From NCBI GenBank assembly GCA_965140415.1, contig OZ223209.1, forward strand, positions 1,696,001 to 1,760,000: a stretch of DNA of 64,000 nucleotides, written 5' to 3'. This DNA is from Myxococcota bacterium. GTDB lineage: Bacteria; Myxococcota_A; SURF-8. The notes below the pieces were generated by a model that did no database searches, was not told the DNA's origin, and worked only from the letters and a program-made list of their open reading frames with translations. Made by a program: the position numbers and the translations under genes. Position 1 is the first letter of the stretch. Each line of letters begins with the position of its first letter. Positions 50,401 to 58,395 of this stretch are shown piece by piece.

Positions 50401-50659
50401 GATTTCAAAGAGCACGGCGGCGTGTGAACTGGAGTGTGCGCGCAAGGTCGTGCGCGGCGGTTCCTTCCTGGAGCGGGAAATCGAAGCCGGATTGCGCCAG
50501 GCCGAGGCCCCAGGAGCAGGGCAGATCAACCTGGGCTTCCGTTGCGCGAAAAGCGCCGTAGAGTTTCCCGAAGCTCAATTGGGAACCCCGGAAGTAGGTA
50601 CGCAGGGAAGTCTGCAACTTGAACAGGCTTCCGAAAGCGATATCGCCCTGCGTCCCTAG
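41477..50659 (+). CDS. Giant (~3060 aa) secreted multidomain protein with C-terminal FGE/SUMF1-type domain
   Basis: ATG 41477 after GAGG; signal peptide; Gly-rich region; WVGTVSSDWQNPNNW then beta-helix-like tract; beta-sandwich repeats; FYMDRKEVSNADY..PVVNVSWDNAQSYCQWVEKRLP..NVSEW..VVRGGSF..LGFRCA. Confidence 0.88.
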   Translation: MTRNVVSSILLALLVFLPAALMAEDFAGSEITGRNHGGDSWIITGNSMLAGKHVNISEFKVNSGVLVGIPYLGTLHVRAEEINIWGEINADGRGYWGGYGGEGGDSEREGGHHGDSGDGETVVGQKMYGSAGTNGGKGPGDNCYHGFFDCDLAGFYCGGGGGGGGGGAGYGTDGCKGQNGRNSWKFGGGDCATNVQGIGGAGGSAVTNDAAGTAYLGGGGAGAGGGGAGWFDARSDGSLGGDGGGRIILEATDSLNVWSTGKITANGTRGYSGGDTGWGFLEFGGFCWHLTCMNHFGEGGWGGYGGAGSGGGILLSAPNMYLSKSEVLSAKGGTGKSNGYEDDGAGGAGKIRLYRDSGLFHTFYCGYLTNKDKCHKNVYALDGCIDTDSNGTDEPEIHDNYYVTVEIRKLDDNSLIRSSLAKFSVDEKPFSTNSETMQMLPTRTYRMNTEANLVDIAHFDFMEFRHWTGYSDTSGTNQLWEQTSRSFEMTHTTDLKLVRAYFATGVFFKWVGTVSSDWQNPNNWRVISEADPSGYIPPHPPRQHSATGLNFPVYIPDSTQYGFVCIVQNDGANIPEAVAMIVAEGAEIRWDISNDADLDIEYFLSVYGDFLQYATSGSYSLTIGGDLAVEADATFELAYVDVEVSGNVSFGSNSYVVSDDGSSTFDIIGSTDTEIVNNSEFLILDNLTINKTSQDNVVTLYGNLGAYDVAVTNKQDIDYFYVRSGKLDFNGSSLAVDELLEVSNVGSLYLPFASAGSSTLRVKGRSGGTPLVLSNASGFTGVSLYGDTANIYVGPFYDLDIALPSETSAISIGAHSSVELVNGGRFVIDNRQEEDGWDLVIGNGAKLSAEDVEFNVDRDFIVRTPEELTFTRTSLETGYGISGNGDMVVSTDSAHTSFDRYSRFYLTGDLTTTGSIGGDGGWIIAQGDTTIKSGVTFYKLDVSGDATIDNSGSRQNPIFTNAVDIYAGGELTILPDASLRLLDEATVSVSGTLTAVGTYGHYATLTQGSPDNYYDVVVNSTGTISAKYAIFEYMDTAGLVVSNGATIDSVNDFDNCVFRYSKVDSVSPETSTFNMLTLNNNQELKITGATFISPSATAGGGHLNVQKSLDQGLVLFTDSTCNGSPLGCGTGSDISGEAHDFDEFERVFWSLNDPAYDATNVEVVQAPLNSEKGLIRLFIDTAENPVGTEYCIWDQKTGPNKYANGSWNLDNSSCYWGTYAFWGGEDGFLLAVPDNQDFELRIKARLTLDFTTMSDETLLAGDTNTYDTILFEDRTPPPAPEPLTLSTITSGADDYLSFDWTDVAGATDYILMRGQGGGVGLNDTAAPPARLQPVNGVLDDFSTTRTEWTYTSSPYSYLVDGKLQGNAGGAHFNFDGDGFNLDTTDGYIYSVDVKKFSGTNGVELTIPYLQSAVRWAIGEAVGSSPTVYWSKVYYGTGTLPGGAGTLVDTTTSFGEEYELEVGKWHNAMVYVKGQIARGFIDGVKMWEMEFESVTGDDIAKVNDIGMWLDNTTVLFDNFSVAPMLGLVSMYTDETALDADAPMTPTYTNNGATPMVAATGTNSIQLTVTLPDTPPNSAAPDLDYGTPYFYVALAVDAAGNVSNLLQNPGFEGELNNRGFSIWQDAPSEMLSRNQATMIEGSSSGALGYNGSNAQTIAGQQNVTLPSWMATVDRTGAVLRFSRYYKILNYVAGDMYPAVISVNGTPTAGDIVYPRGTSGEYASDINSWLFVSNIADVSDLPTSVNSVSVYAAPTATSDYDLYFDQNRLDLLKGSVVSEGYSYTQVQYLLESDWLDADKNWAWNNLTELDQGNTTDTGMGENRLRSYRFRTCDARDAAPKNCGPWQGGYTCANVGECPTGYDACNEFGLEKYCVRSLPPTSGGQNGALPGIEVYSHSNIPEAPVVQVWDEDDSSSLKVNLDLNYSTNRAQTDMLVYGFVADQVGECEAGNGERVGFLDGTGILRPLSSAPETYWDITRSLHVAGYEDSSGTEHGLDPNSWYCFRALARNHDGILTSDPNGTDGWMYGWNGWSDLSNAMQPPARPFIVADSLSIKYGVGMNGGVPRAMAVDYDPAQPELGGTVQEAYFTVEDANNLTTPDTYVDVSSIEFRVSPHGIWNGTGIYKSGYFQATTDDYGATWSFSKKYEDQYGNPTVTLLTDQCSVTQDGDQLDVKFAWMLNKAPITANYRPDQDQGVQIQLEDANSLMSYFGNNTMYGCDKVFHTSYLPQSPRLTSPSDDTWVSKSLLSSVDFSFESDFDNDRLYLEDIYNLCTTLGTCVDWGLSGPLNCVDTDGATDHADDVEFQMALYTAVDGNGVCSGSPAAPAAPFWLTKDSPEYSEESNDYKLQQSVNITSLADGVYYWCVKTQDEHNYSSGLRDDPDPVVAPAVTNKLGIDSVKPVMGTLSVDGRSVSEPATVSLVNGEWTFRNYMRFKWFDAEQDPMGLGEDKTAPIKGYHYKLMLRTDASGRVAPSTGGYWVNKHSDPAHEYIVTTIDGSNYWTTVQVPIGVHQFGVQAEDMAGNISDPVWFEMRVDVSTLDAPIIRSDSHPNEDEIYCNHSLSDDGLSVNLDPDAFDPQFEIVHPTVANLREYILEYGADMDLDSTYCNPDADLSQCTGYPWSLAYSGIKSYSFTVNDKRCSGGYPDATPEDDNNPGALSTICDQYMSCTDSDQTGSSWNTQFHFTFDREDSYNIYDMLTYFIKHGPAVKAGSWYFKLMGESLAGATTGCSDYRVNLCYCDGNPPCKDADPNAARMGVGSMAFFGGGRLDTGSLDGSGSDDGSSQEVLVLPFYMDRKEVSNADYQACVTEGVCQALPETLFASNTRPLYYEDETYQDYPVVNVSWDNAQSYCQWVEKRLPYDTEWLYAAQGQVSDADGLSTSFYNDLYEFGDTVSVAEHHGPAVQTDIDPLNLFNNVSEWVQDWWLPLDAVDYVTMPRGPESTEICLQQCEDGAETQQPSENEFSLFNVIREMGFAEDVNEISKSTAACELECARKVVRGGSFLEREIEAGLRQAEAPGAGQINLGFRCAKSAVEFPEAQLGTPEVGTQGSLQLEQASESDIALRP

Positions 50660-50679
50660 AGCAGAAGAATGTGAATTAC

Positions 50680-50717
50680 ATCCGGCTGTGGAGTCTTTCT
50701 CGACTCTACAGCCGGAT
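50680..50717 (+). terminator. Strong hairpin after the giant gene (terminator or mRNA stabiliser)
   Basis: ATCCGGCTGTGGAGTC/GACTCTACAGCCGGAT 16-bp stem; weak U-tract. Confidence 0.6.
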
Positions 50718-50867
50718 CCGTGTTTACCGATTGGTACTTTGGATTGATAAGTGATTTGGAACACGTGGCGCCATGAAAGGGTGCACGTACAACTTTGCAA
50801 AAACATCTCCTGAACGATGACTCGTGGTTCCGTGCGGTTGGTGGCGATGAATGATTGAGGAGAAAGT

Positions 50868-53210
50868 ATGAAACCTTACAGATCATTCCGGTTGGCGGAT
50901 GGATGGCTGCTATTGTCGCTTCTTTTCACAATGGCGCTTGTGCTGCCTGCCTGCGGTGGCGGAGATTCCAGTCCGGACGGAGATGTGGAAATCGTCGATT
51001 CAAACTGTCCGCCTTGCTACATCTGGTTCCGCGGAGAATGCGTGGAAGATCCGAAGTGCTCCGACGGCGATAGCACCGGAGACGAAGATCAGATCGAAGA
51101 CGGCGATCAAATCATTGATGGTGATAAAGACGATCCCGACGGTGATCAGGTCGATGGCGATGGCATCATCTGGCCGGATGAAGACTTCGAAACCGTCGAT
51201 GGCGATCAGATCGTGACCGATGGTGATGACGAACTGGATGTTATCGAAGCTGAAGAATGGCCGGATCGCGAAGACATCGGCGACTGCCAGGAAGATCGTG
51301 ACTGTCCCGATAACCGATATTTCTGCAACCTCGATACGCACTTATGCGAACTCAAGCCGATCGATGGCGATTGGGATGTCGAAGGCGATATCCCCATGTG
51401 CGACAACAACTATCGCGCCTGCGAAACCCACGACGTCTGCCGTTCGGGTGTGTTGTGCAATCCCGACACCGGTTGCTGCGATCCGCTGTATCGTCCGACC
51501 TGTACCTATCGTACCGACTGCCCCGATGGCTGGTTCTGCACTCCCGATCACTACTGCGACATTCAGTGCTGGTCGCACGAAATGTGCGAAGATGAATTCG
51601 GGATTCAGTTCTGCTGCCGCGCCGACGGCGTGTGCGTGCTGGATGATATCTGTGACGCCATCGACGGCGACGAGGATGTGTCTCCCTGTCAAAGCTGCCA
51701 GGACTGCGTAGCGATTTACGGCGATCACAGTCATTTCTGCAATGTCAACCTTCAGGAATGTATGCCGATTCCAGACGATAAGGGTTGCTGTGAAAGCGCA
51801 GACTGTCCGCAATACGGTGCCGGATATGCCAACGCTCTTTGCGATCAGCACGTGGGACTTTGCATTCCTCAGGGGGATGAAGATCCGGTCGGCCTGATCG
51901 GTGGATACATCTACGCTTCCAACGCTCTGGATGATCTGGGCGATGAAGACATCCGGTTTATGGTTGAATTGGAAGACAGCACGGGACAGCTACTGGATCA
52001 GCGCACCAATTTAATTATGGTGAAGGTATCGGCGGATCTGTACGCCGTCAGCTACCAGTTCGTGGATTTGCCCTTACAGAAAAATTACTACCTTTATCTC
52101 ACAATGGTTCCGCCGCCCATCCCCTACCTGGATCACCAGCGCTATCCGCTCAATCCGGTGTATCTGGGTACAGGAGCCGCCGCCCAGGCCAACGATGTAG
52201 ATTTCTATATGGACCTGGACGATCCGCGCCTGGCGGTTATCAGCGGCGACATTTACCTGGAGCCCGACTACCAGGATGGAGAAGTGAGCTTGCGGGTATG
52301 GGGCGAAAATGAAGATGGAACCGGTTTCGAGCGTTTGCCGGAATACCACTACATGTCCGACATCGGTGATTTGGTAGAAGGTGTGCGCAGCTATTCTATC
52401 CGTAAATTGACGAACGGCAGCTACTATGTGTCCGCTTACGTCACCGACAGCACCGCTTCGGCGGGAGAGTTGGGAGACTACATCAGCACCCCGATTGTGG
52501 TTGAAAACCTTTCGCAGAATCCTTCACAGCAGTTTACCGGTGTGGATTTCCACTTCGGTAGCCAGGATTCGGAATTGGCTTCTGTCAGCGGTTCGGTCTT
52601 TACCGCGTCATACATGGACGCCGATCTCTTAGAAGTGTGGCTCTACGACAACAGCGAGTTGTCGTATCCGGTGGCAGGTGCCTGGTTGGCCAGCGGCTCG
52701 CGTTCGAATGAAATTCTGTATACCTTCCCGAACGTCGAGTTTGGCACGTATTATCTACAGGGACAATACGCGGTGGATCTGCCGGAAAATGTTTCCGCAC
52801 CCATTCCTACCGCGCAGCCCGATGACTTCGTCTTGTTGATCGATAGTGCGCAGGAATACGACGGGATCGATTTGACGTTCGATACCACCCGTAGCGGTTA
52901 CGGATCGATCAGCGGCGAATTGCTCTACGACAGCAGTTACTCCGGGTACACGTTCAGTGTGGAAGTTTACCGGGGTGAGATTCTGCCGGTGCTGCTCGAA
53001 CGTGAAGACCTGATATTGGATCAGGATGACATGGCGGGTCAAGGCAGCTATTTTGTGGAAAGCCTGTTATTGGACACCAGTTATTACCTGCAACTGATCG
53101 GCTACGATGGCTTTGGCGGTCGTGAGATTTTGGCGGAGCAGGGTCCCTATCTGGTCGGTGGCAGTGCTCAGGAAAACCTGACCGGTGTTGATTTCGACCT
53201 GCGCCCCTAG
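50868..53210 (+). CDS. Lipoprotein: DGD linker, Cys-rich modules, four tandem beta-sandwich-like repeats
   Basis: Lipobox LPAC; repeats start IGGYIY/ISGDIY/VSGSVF/ISGELL and end NDVDF/TGVDF/DGIDL/TGVDF. Confidence 0.85.
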   Translation: MKPYRSFRLADGWLLLSLLFTMALVLPACGGGDSSPDGDVEIVDSNCPPCYIWFRGECVEDPKCSDGDSTGDEDQIEDGDQIIDGDKDDPDGDQVDGDGIIWPDEDFETVDGDQIVTDGDDELDVIEAEEWPDREDIGDCQEDRDCPDNRYFCNLDTHLCELKPIDGDWDVEGDIPMCDNNYRACETHDVCRSGVLCNPDTGCCDPLYRPTCTYRTDCPDGWFCTPDHYCDIQCWSHEMCEDEFGIQFCCRADGVCVLDDICDAIDGDEDVSPCQSCQDCVAIYGDHSHFCNVNLQECMPIPDDKGCCESADCPQYGAGYANALCDQHVGLCIPQGDEDPVGLIGGYIYASNALDDLGDEDIRFMVELEDSTGQLLDQRTNLIMVKVSADLYAVSYQFVDLPLQKNYYLYLTMVPPPIPYLDHQRYPLNPVYLGTGAAAQANDVDFYMDLDDPRLAVISGDIYLEPDYQDGEVSLRVWGENEDGTGFERLPEYHYMSDIGDLVEGVRSYSIRKLTNGSYYVSAYVTDSTASAGELGDYISTPIVVENLSQNPSQQFTGVDFHFGSQDSELASVSGSVFTASYMDADLLEVWLYDNSELSYPVAGAWLASGSRSNEILYTFPNVEFGTYYLQGQYAVDLPENVSAPIPTAQPDDFVLLIDSAQEYDGIDLTFDTTRSGYGSISGELLYDSSYSGYTFSVEVYRGEILPVLLEREDLILDQDDMAGQGSYFVESLLLDTSYYLQLIGYDGFGGREILAEQGPYLVGGSAQENLTGVDFDLRP

Positions 53211-53273
53211 GGAAGTGCGGTTGTTGCGGCGCACGGCGCGCCGTTTCGGTAGTTTTTGAGGTGGAGGAATTCA

Positions 53274-54215
53274 ATGATTCGATGGCTTATGATTTGTAGT
53301 ATTCTGATCAGTGCGATGATCATTGTGTTGGCCTGTGACGATGGTACGAGCGGCACCAGCGATGGTGATGCGGAAGGTGTATGCCCGGATGGTCAGGAGA
53401 AAGGCCCGGACGGCTTGTGTCACGACGTGCTGCCTCCCGGCGATCTTCCCGACACCACCGATGGCGATGAAGAAGGGACGAAGCCCGATGGCGATAACGA
53501 CACCATAGTCGACGGCGATAAGGACACGGATATTGATCGTGATCTCGATCTTATCAAACCTGATGGGGATGCGGACCCCGATCCTGACCCGGACCTCGAT
53601 CCCGACCCGAACGACAACGACTTCCACTTCCCGCCGGGTGACGAAGATCCTGATCCCGATGTCGATCCCGATCCGGACCCCGATCCCGATCCGGAGCCGG
53701 CGGAGACCGGTATTCCCTGTGACGATCACGATGATTGTCCCTATGGTCAGTATTGCGGACCAGGTGGCTACTGTGGTTTCGACTGCCTGACCAATCGCGA
53801 ATGCTTGCCGCAGTGTTGTATTGTCGAGCGCGGCTGGTGCCGGGATTGTCCGGTGGATGGCGACGAGGAACCGGATGAAGATCAGATCATTCTCTGTGCC
53901 AACGATTCCTCCTGCCCGACCGGTTATTACTGTTCGCCGCCGGTAGATGGCGTTTGCGTGCAGGATTGTGTGCGAGACAGCGATTGTCCCCAGGGTCGCT
54001 ACTGCGAAGAAGAGCGCGGTCGTTGCCGTATCATTCCGGCTGACGTCGATGTAACTCGCGGCGGTTCGGTGGGTGCGCAAGCTTGCGAGAAGCAGTCGGA
54101 CTGCGGAGCTGGCTGGGTCTGTGATTGGACCCGTTCGGTATGTGTACCGGGATGCAAAAAGAACAGCGATTGTCCGCCTGAAGCTCCGATTTGCGCGGAA
54201 GGTATTTGTTACTGA
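53274..54215 (+). CDS. Cys-rich lipoprotein with DGD and (DP)n linker
   Basis: GGAGG RBS; lipobox VLAC; C..D.DCP.G.YC modules; DPDPDP tracts. Confidence 0.85.
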   Translation: MIRWLMICSILISAMIIVLACDDGTSGTSDGDAEGVCPDGQEKGPDGLCHDVLPPGDLPDTTDGDEEGTKPDGDNDTIVDGDKDTDIDRDLDLIKPDGDADPDPDPDLDPDPNDNDFHFPPGDEDPDPDVDPDPDPDPDPEPAETGIPCDDHDDCPYGQYCGPGGYCGFDCLTNRECLPQCCIVERGWCRDCPVDGDEEPDEDQIILCANDSSCPTGYYCSPPVDGVCVQDCVRDSDCPQGRYCEEERGRCRIIPADVDVTRGGSVGAQACEKQSDCGAGWVCDWTRSVCVPGCKKNSDCPPEAPICAEGICY

Positions 54216-54239
54216 TCGAAACGACTGATCCATCTAATA

Positions 54240-54270
54240 CAAACGGCGGCTCCAAGTGGGCCGCCGTTTG
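54240..54270. terminator. Hairpin between convergent genes (probable bidirectional terminator)
   Basis: CAAACGGCGGCTC/GGGCCGCCGTTTG. Confidence 0.75.
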
Positions 54271-54300
54271 CTATTGGGGGAAACGACATTCTGTTGTTGG

Positions 54301-56586
54301 CTATTTCTGCTTTGTCGTCTTCCAAAGACCGAAGCCGGTGGCGCCATCACCGTACAAGTGCCGATAAATGCCGTAGCTTTTCAGCACTCGCCGTGTATAA
54401 CGCCGGGTTTCCCTGTAGGGGATGTCTTCGATAAACTCATCCATCGGTCGCTCGCCATGTTCGCGCAGCCAGCGCCGCACCGCCGTTTCGCCGCCGTTAT
54501 AAGAACTGATGGCCAAGGCATGGTTGCCCTTGAATTTATCGATCAGTTCCTCCAGGTAGAAGCTACCGAAACGGATGGCGATATCCGGGTTGGTCAGATC
54601 GCTTTTTCGGAATTGTTTGACTTTCAACCGCCTGGCGATATAGCGCCCGGTGGAATACATGATCTGTGTCAGACCGGTTGCGTGAGCGAATGATTCGATT
54701 TCGGGATCGAAGGAGGACTCTTCCCGCATCAGGGCATTCAATAACAGCGGGTCAAGTCCTACAACTTTGCAATGAACCTCCGTCAATCCCTTGAATGGGC
54801 GAGGATAAGCAAGCTTCCAGATCGCGTCGTTATTGGCAGATGGATAGTTGCGGGCAAAGTCGTCCAGCCGGGTGCGGAAGAAATAGACGCTGCGGGAGAC
54901 ATTGCCGTTTAAATAGTAGAGATAAGCCAAAAAGGACACCAGGTTCTGATCTTTCGGAAAGCCTTTTTCAAGAGCTTGAAACTCGCGCTTGGCTTCGCTG
55001 TTGCGGCCCAGCCGCAATAATTCCATGCCTCGCCGGAAATGAGGCATGTACAAGTATGGTTTGATGGAAATATCCAGCGCGTTGGCCAGCGGCTTATCGG
55101 CTTGTTCCGCTTTCTGTAGCGCCAGAAACTCTTCCGGTAACGGTGCGCCCAGTTCCTGTAGACGTTGTGCCGCCAGCGAAGAATAGTATCCCAGGGGATA
55201 CTCCTTGACGAGAGTGGTCCACTGCGAGATGGCGTTTTCCCGTTGGTTTTGCAGCAGATGAACGCGCCCGATCCAATAGCTGGCACGCTCGGTTTCAAAT
55301 CGGTCGAAGTCATTCTGTTTGATTGTGCTGAACGAGGCGAGCGCCTTTTCGTAGTGCTTGTTCTTATACTGCATCCAGCCCACGTACCACATTGCATCGG
55401 GAAGATGACCGCAAGTTTTGTGATTGTCGATCAACGACTGATAGGCCTGAAGGGCCAACTCATCCTGGTCGCTTTCTTTATAAGCTTTACCCAATAGCGA
55501 ACGCACAGCGCAGCTTCGTTTGTGATTCGGATTTTCTTTGGGAAATCGCTTGGCCAGCGCGATGGCTTTCTCGGTTTCACCTTTGCGCAGGTGCGCGTCG
55601 ATTTGCAGATAGGCGGCTTCTCCCTGTAACTGCGCGTCGGCTGCTTTCTTTTGGATCGCTTCAAAGAGTGGAATGGCTTTACTATAGTGGCGGCGTTTGA
55701 AATAAGCCCGCGCATGTTCAAACTGCATGTGTGCATAATACGGTGCGGATTCGTGCCGTTTAAGCTGTTTCAAGCCTTTTTGCAGTAGACGGTTGGCTTC
55801 GCGGTAGCGGAACTGGTCGATGTAGGTGCGGGCTTGAGCGGTCATCAACTCTGCCTGATCTTTTGGCGTCATGATGAAATTGCGTTCAAGCATGTGTGTC
55901 TGAGCCAGTTTTCCGAAGCCGCTGAATGGTTCCGCGGCCTGCACTTCCAGATACAATCGTTTGGCCTGCCTGGCATCGGCTTCGCCAAGGATTTCCGCCA
56001 GTTCATAGCGAGCCTGGGTGCTGCGGAAATGAGTCGGTTCGTTTTTCAAGATCAATTCCAGCAGCATGCGAGCGTCGGGATCATTTAATTTACTGCGGCA
56101 AGAAGCGATGCGAAAGCGTGCCTGTGTTGCGATGCGGCTGTCCAATGGAACTTGCTGGTACCAGTCCAATGCCTGTTGCCATTGGTAGCTCTGGTATTGG
56201 ATTTCCCCCAAATAATAGGCAATGTAGCCCTGTAATAAACTGTAGCTGCCGTTGATCTGTAAAAACGTCTGCTCTGCTTTCTCCATTTGCTGTGCTTCAA
56301 ACGCGCGCAGTCCCAGTAAGAACGACAAGCGCCGTTTCTGATCGTCATCCTGCTCGGCAGCCAGGGCTGTTTCCGTTTGTGTGACACATTGTTCGAGATC
56401 GTTCTGGTCGCAGGCCGTTTGCATTGCCTGATAGCGTTCATCGGAGAAATATGGCTCGGAATGGATACTTTCCAGCGTTTCTCCCTGTTGTTCCGGTGGT
56501 GGCAATGGATAGGGAGCCTGGGCCTTGGCTTGGAAAGAGAGGATTAACAGCAACAGGGCGGCAAAAGCGATTCGGTTGCAGGTCAT
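54301..56586 (-). CDS. Slt-family lytic transglycosylase with TPR repeats
   Basis: Signal peptide; TPR helices; ALMREESSF, ATGLTQIM, SYNGG, IPYRETRRY. Confidence 0.93.
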   Translation of the reverse strand: MTCNRIAFAALLLLILSFQAKAQAPYPLPPPEQQGETLESIHSEPYFSDERYQAMQTACDQNDLEQCVTQTETALAAEQDDDQKRRLSFLLGLRAFEAQQMEKAEQTFLQINGSYSLLQGYIAYYLGEIQYQSYQWQQALDWYQQVPLDSRIATQARFRIASCRSKLNDPDARMLLELILKNEPTHFRSTQARYELAEILGEADARQAKRLYLEVQAAEPFSGFGKLAQTHMLERNFIMTPKDQAELMTAQARTYIDQFRYREANRLLQKGLKQLKRHESAPYYAHMQFEHARAYFKRRHYSKAIPLFEAIQKKAADAQLQGEAAYLQIDAHLRKGETEKAIALAKRFPKENPNHKRSCAVRSLLGKAYKESDQDELALQAYQSLIDNHKTCGHLPDAMWYVGWMQYKNKHYEKALASFSTIKQNDFDRFETERASYWIGRVHLLQNQRENAISQWTTLVKEYPLGYYSSLAAQRLQELGAPLPEEFLALQKAEQADKPLANALDISIKPYLYMPHFRRGMELLRLGRNSEAKREFQALEKGFPKDQNLVSFLAYLYYLNGNVSRSVYFFRTRLDDFARNYPSANNDAIWKLAYPRPFKGLTEVHCKVVGLDPLLLNALMREESSFDPEIESFAHATGLTQIMYSTGRYIARRLKVKQFRKSDLTNPDIAIRFGSFYLEELIDKFKGNHALAISSYNGGETAVRRWLREHGERPMDEFIEDIPYRETRRYTRRVLKSYGIYRHLYGDGATGFGLWKTTKQK

Positions 56587-56826
56587 AAGGGGAATTCTAC
56601 TCCTTTACGTCATTCGATGATGGAAACAGTTCACTTCTACCGGAATATTGAAGCTATGGCAAGTTCTTCCCATATCCGATTTCGTGCAATCCTTTCATCA
56701 GGCAGATGAAAAACATTGCGTCCGCTTGTTCCCATACCTATAATACAAACGCTTTGCATAAGGGAATTGTCGAACGATTTCGCCCTTGTCTCTTTAAAGA
56801 TATCTTTTATTTATAAGGAAGATGGC

Positions 56827-58386
56827 GTGACGGGAGTGCCAGTTAAAATTGCCGGTCGGCTGTGGATAGGATGGATCGTGCTGGCGATTTTGCTGTTTGT
56901 TGCCTGTTCTTCCGATCCCAAACCCGAAGTCAACGATACTGCTCAAGAAGTTACGCTGTTGTTTTTCAACGACTTTCACGGCCACTTGCTTCCTTTCGAG
57001 CGGAATTATAAGGACGCAAAGCTTTCCGGTGGATTTGCCAGAATGGCGCAGCTTGTCGCGAAAATTCGTGAGGAAAACAAGCTTCAAAAGATCGATACCT
57101 TCTTTTTCAATTCCGGTGACGTCTTGCAGGGGACGCCACTATCCACCGCCTTTGAAGGGGAGGTGGAGGCTAAGGCGTTTAAGGCTGCCGGTGTCGATGC
57201 CATCTGTGTTGGTAATCACGATTTCGATTACAGTTTCGAGAAACTGCTGAAGTTGCAGAAATTAAGCGGAATTCCACTGTTATCGGCCAATGTGTTCGAG
57301 TTGAATTCCTCTAAAATGATTTTCGACCCTTATCAGATGTTCCATACTAAAAATGGATTGACATTAGCAGTGATGGGTTTGACGACTCCGGAAACCCCGG
57401 TGACGACACATCCTCGCAATGTGAGTAACCAGCGTTTTTCCCGTCCCGATCTGGCCATGCAATCGATGATCGACCGACTGGACGACAAAAGCGATGTGCT
57501 GGTGTTACTCAGCCACCTGGGATACAAGGCGGATGTTGAAGTCGCTCGTCATTTCCCGCAGTTGGATGTGATTCTTGGGGGACATTCTCATACTTATCTG
57601 CCGCAGCCGCGCATGTTGGGTGAAGTGATTATTGCTCAAGCAGTGGATCGCGGATTGTATTTGGGCCGTGTCGATCTGCAAGTACGCGAGGATCGTGGTT
57701 ATCTGAAAAACTATGAACTGATTCCAATCACCGACGATATGTCCGAGCATCCCGAGGTTGCAGAAGTCATTGAGGAATATCGACAAAAGCTGGACAGCGA
57801 AATCAATAAGGTGGTGGGAAAGAACGAGGAATTTCTGGATGGCGAACGGGGGCACATCCGTATTGGAGAAACCAATCTTGGTGATTTGACAGCGGATTTG
57901 ATGCGTTTGCAGACCCGTTCCGATCTTGCGTTGATCAACAGCGGCGCTATTCGAGCCAGCATTCCTCCCGGCGAGGTCACGTTGAGCCACGTCATGCGGG
58001 CTTTCCCGATGAACAACACCATCGTTACGATGCAGATAACCGGTGAGGAACTTTACTATATTTTAAAGCGCGCGGTTACGGGCTTGACCGGGCCGGGACC
58101 GGATGAGCTTTTTGGCGGTTTCCTACAGATTTCCGGGTTGCGGTACACATTGAAGAATGGTGTGCCCACCAATATCAAGATCGGTACTGAAGGATTGAAA
58201 TTGTTCAAAACCTATAAAGTGGCAACAGTCGATTTCCTGGCTGCCGGCGGCGACGGTTACCGGGAGTTAAAGGACGGTCGCAACAAGTATGATACCGGCA
58301 TCAATTTGCGGGATCTGATGGTCAATTATCTGCGGGAACGATCTTCGATTCATGTATCTACTGATGGACGTTTTACACGGCAGTAA
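56827..58386 (+). CDS. 5'-nucleotidase/UDP-sugar hydrolase (UshA-like) lipoprotein (start uncertain)
   Basis: Lipobox-like FVAC; NDFHG, SGDVLQG, GNHDFD, LSHLG, GGHSH, NSGAIR, FLAAGGDGY. Confidence 0.92.
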   Translation: MTGVPVKIAGRLWIGWIVLAILLFVACSSDPKPEVNDTAQEVTLLFFNDFHGHLLPFERNYKDAKLSGGFARMAQLVAKIREENKLQKIDTFFFNSGDVLQGTPLSTAFEGEVEAKAFKAAGVDAICVGNHDFDYSFEKLLKLQKLSGIPLLSANVFELNSSKMIFDPYQMFHTKNGLTLAVMGLTTPETPVTTHPRNVSNQRFSRPDLAMQSMIDRLDDKSDVLVLLSHLGYKADVEVARHFPQLDVILGGHSHTYLPQPRMLGEVIIAQAVDRGLYLGRVDLQVREDRGYLKNYELIPITDDMSEHPEVAEVIEEYRQKLDSEINKVVGKNEEFLDGERGHIRIGETNLGDLTADLMRLQTRSDLALINSGAIRASIPPGEVTLSHVMRAFPMNNTIVTMQITGEELYYILKRAVTGLTGPGPDELFGGFLQISGLRYTLKNGVPTNIKIGTEGLKLFKTYKVATVDFLAAGGDGYRELKDGRNKYDTGINLRDLMVNYLRERSSIHVSTDGRFTRQ

Positions 58387-58395
58387 ACTTCTCTC

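Noticed and set aside
50440-50560. FGE C-terminus as a diversity-generating retroelement variable region
   Set aside because: No reverse transcriptase and no second adenine-variant template copy seen in the window; a remote DGR cannot be excluded.
53560-53700. Short GATCCC-type repeats resembling an array
   Set aside because: In-frame (DP)n coding repeats with no spacers; not CRISPR.
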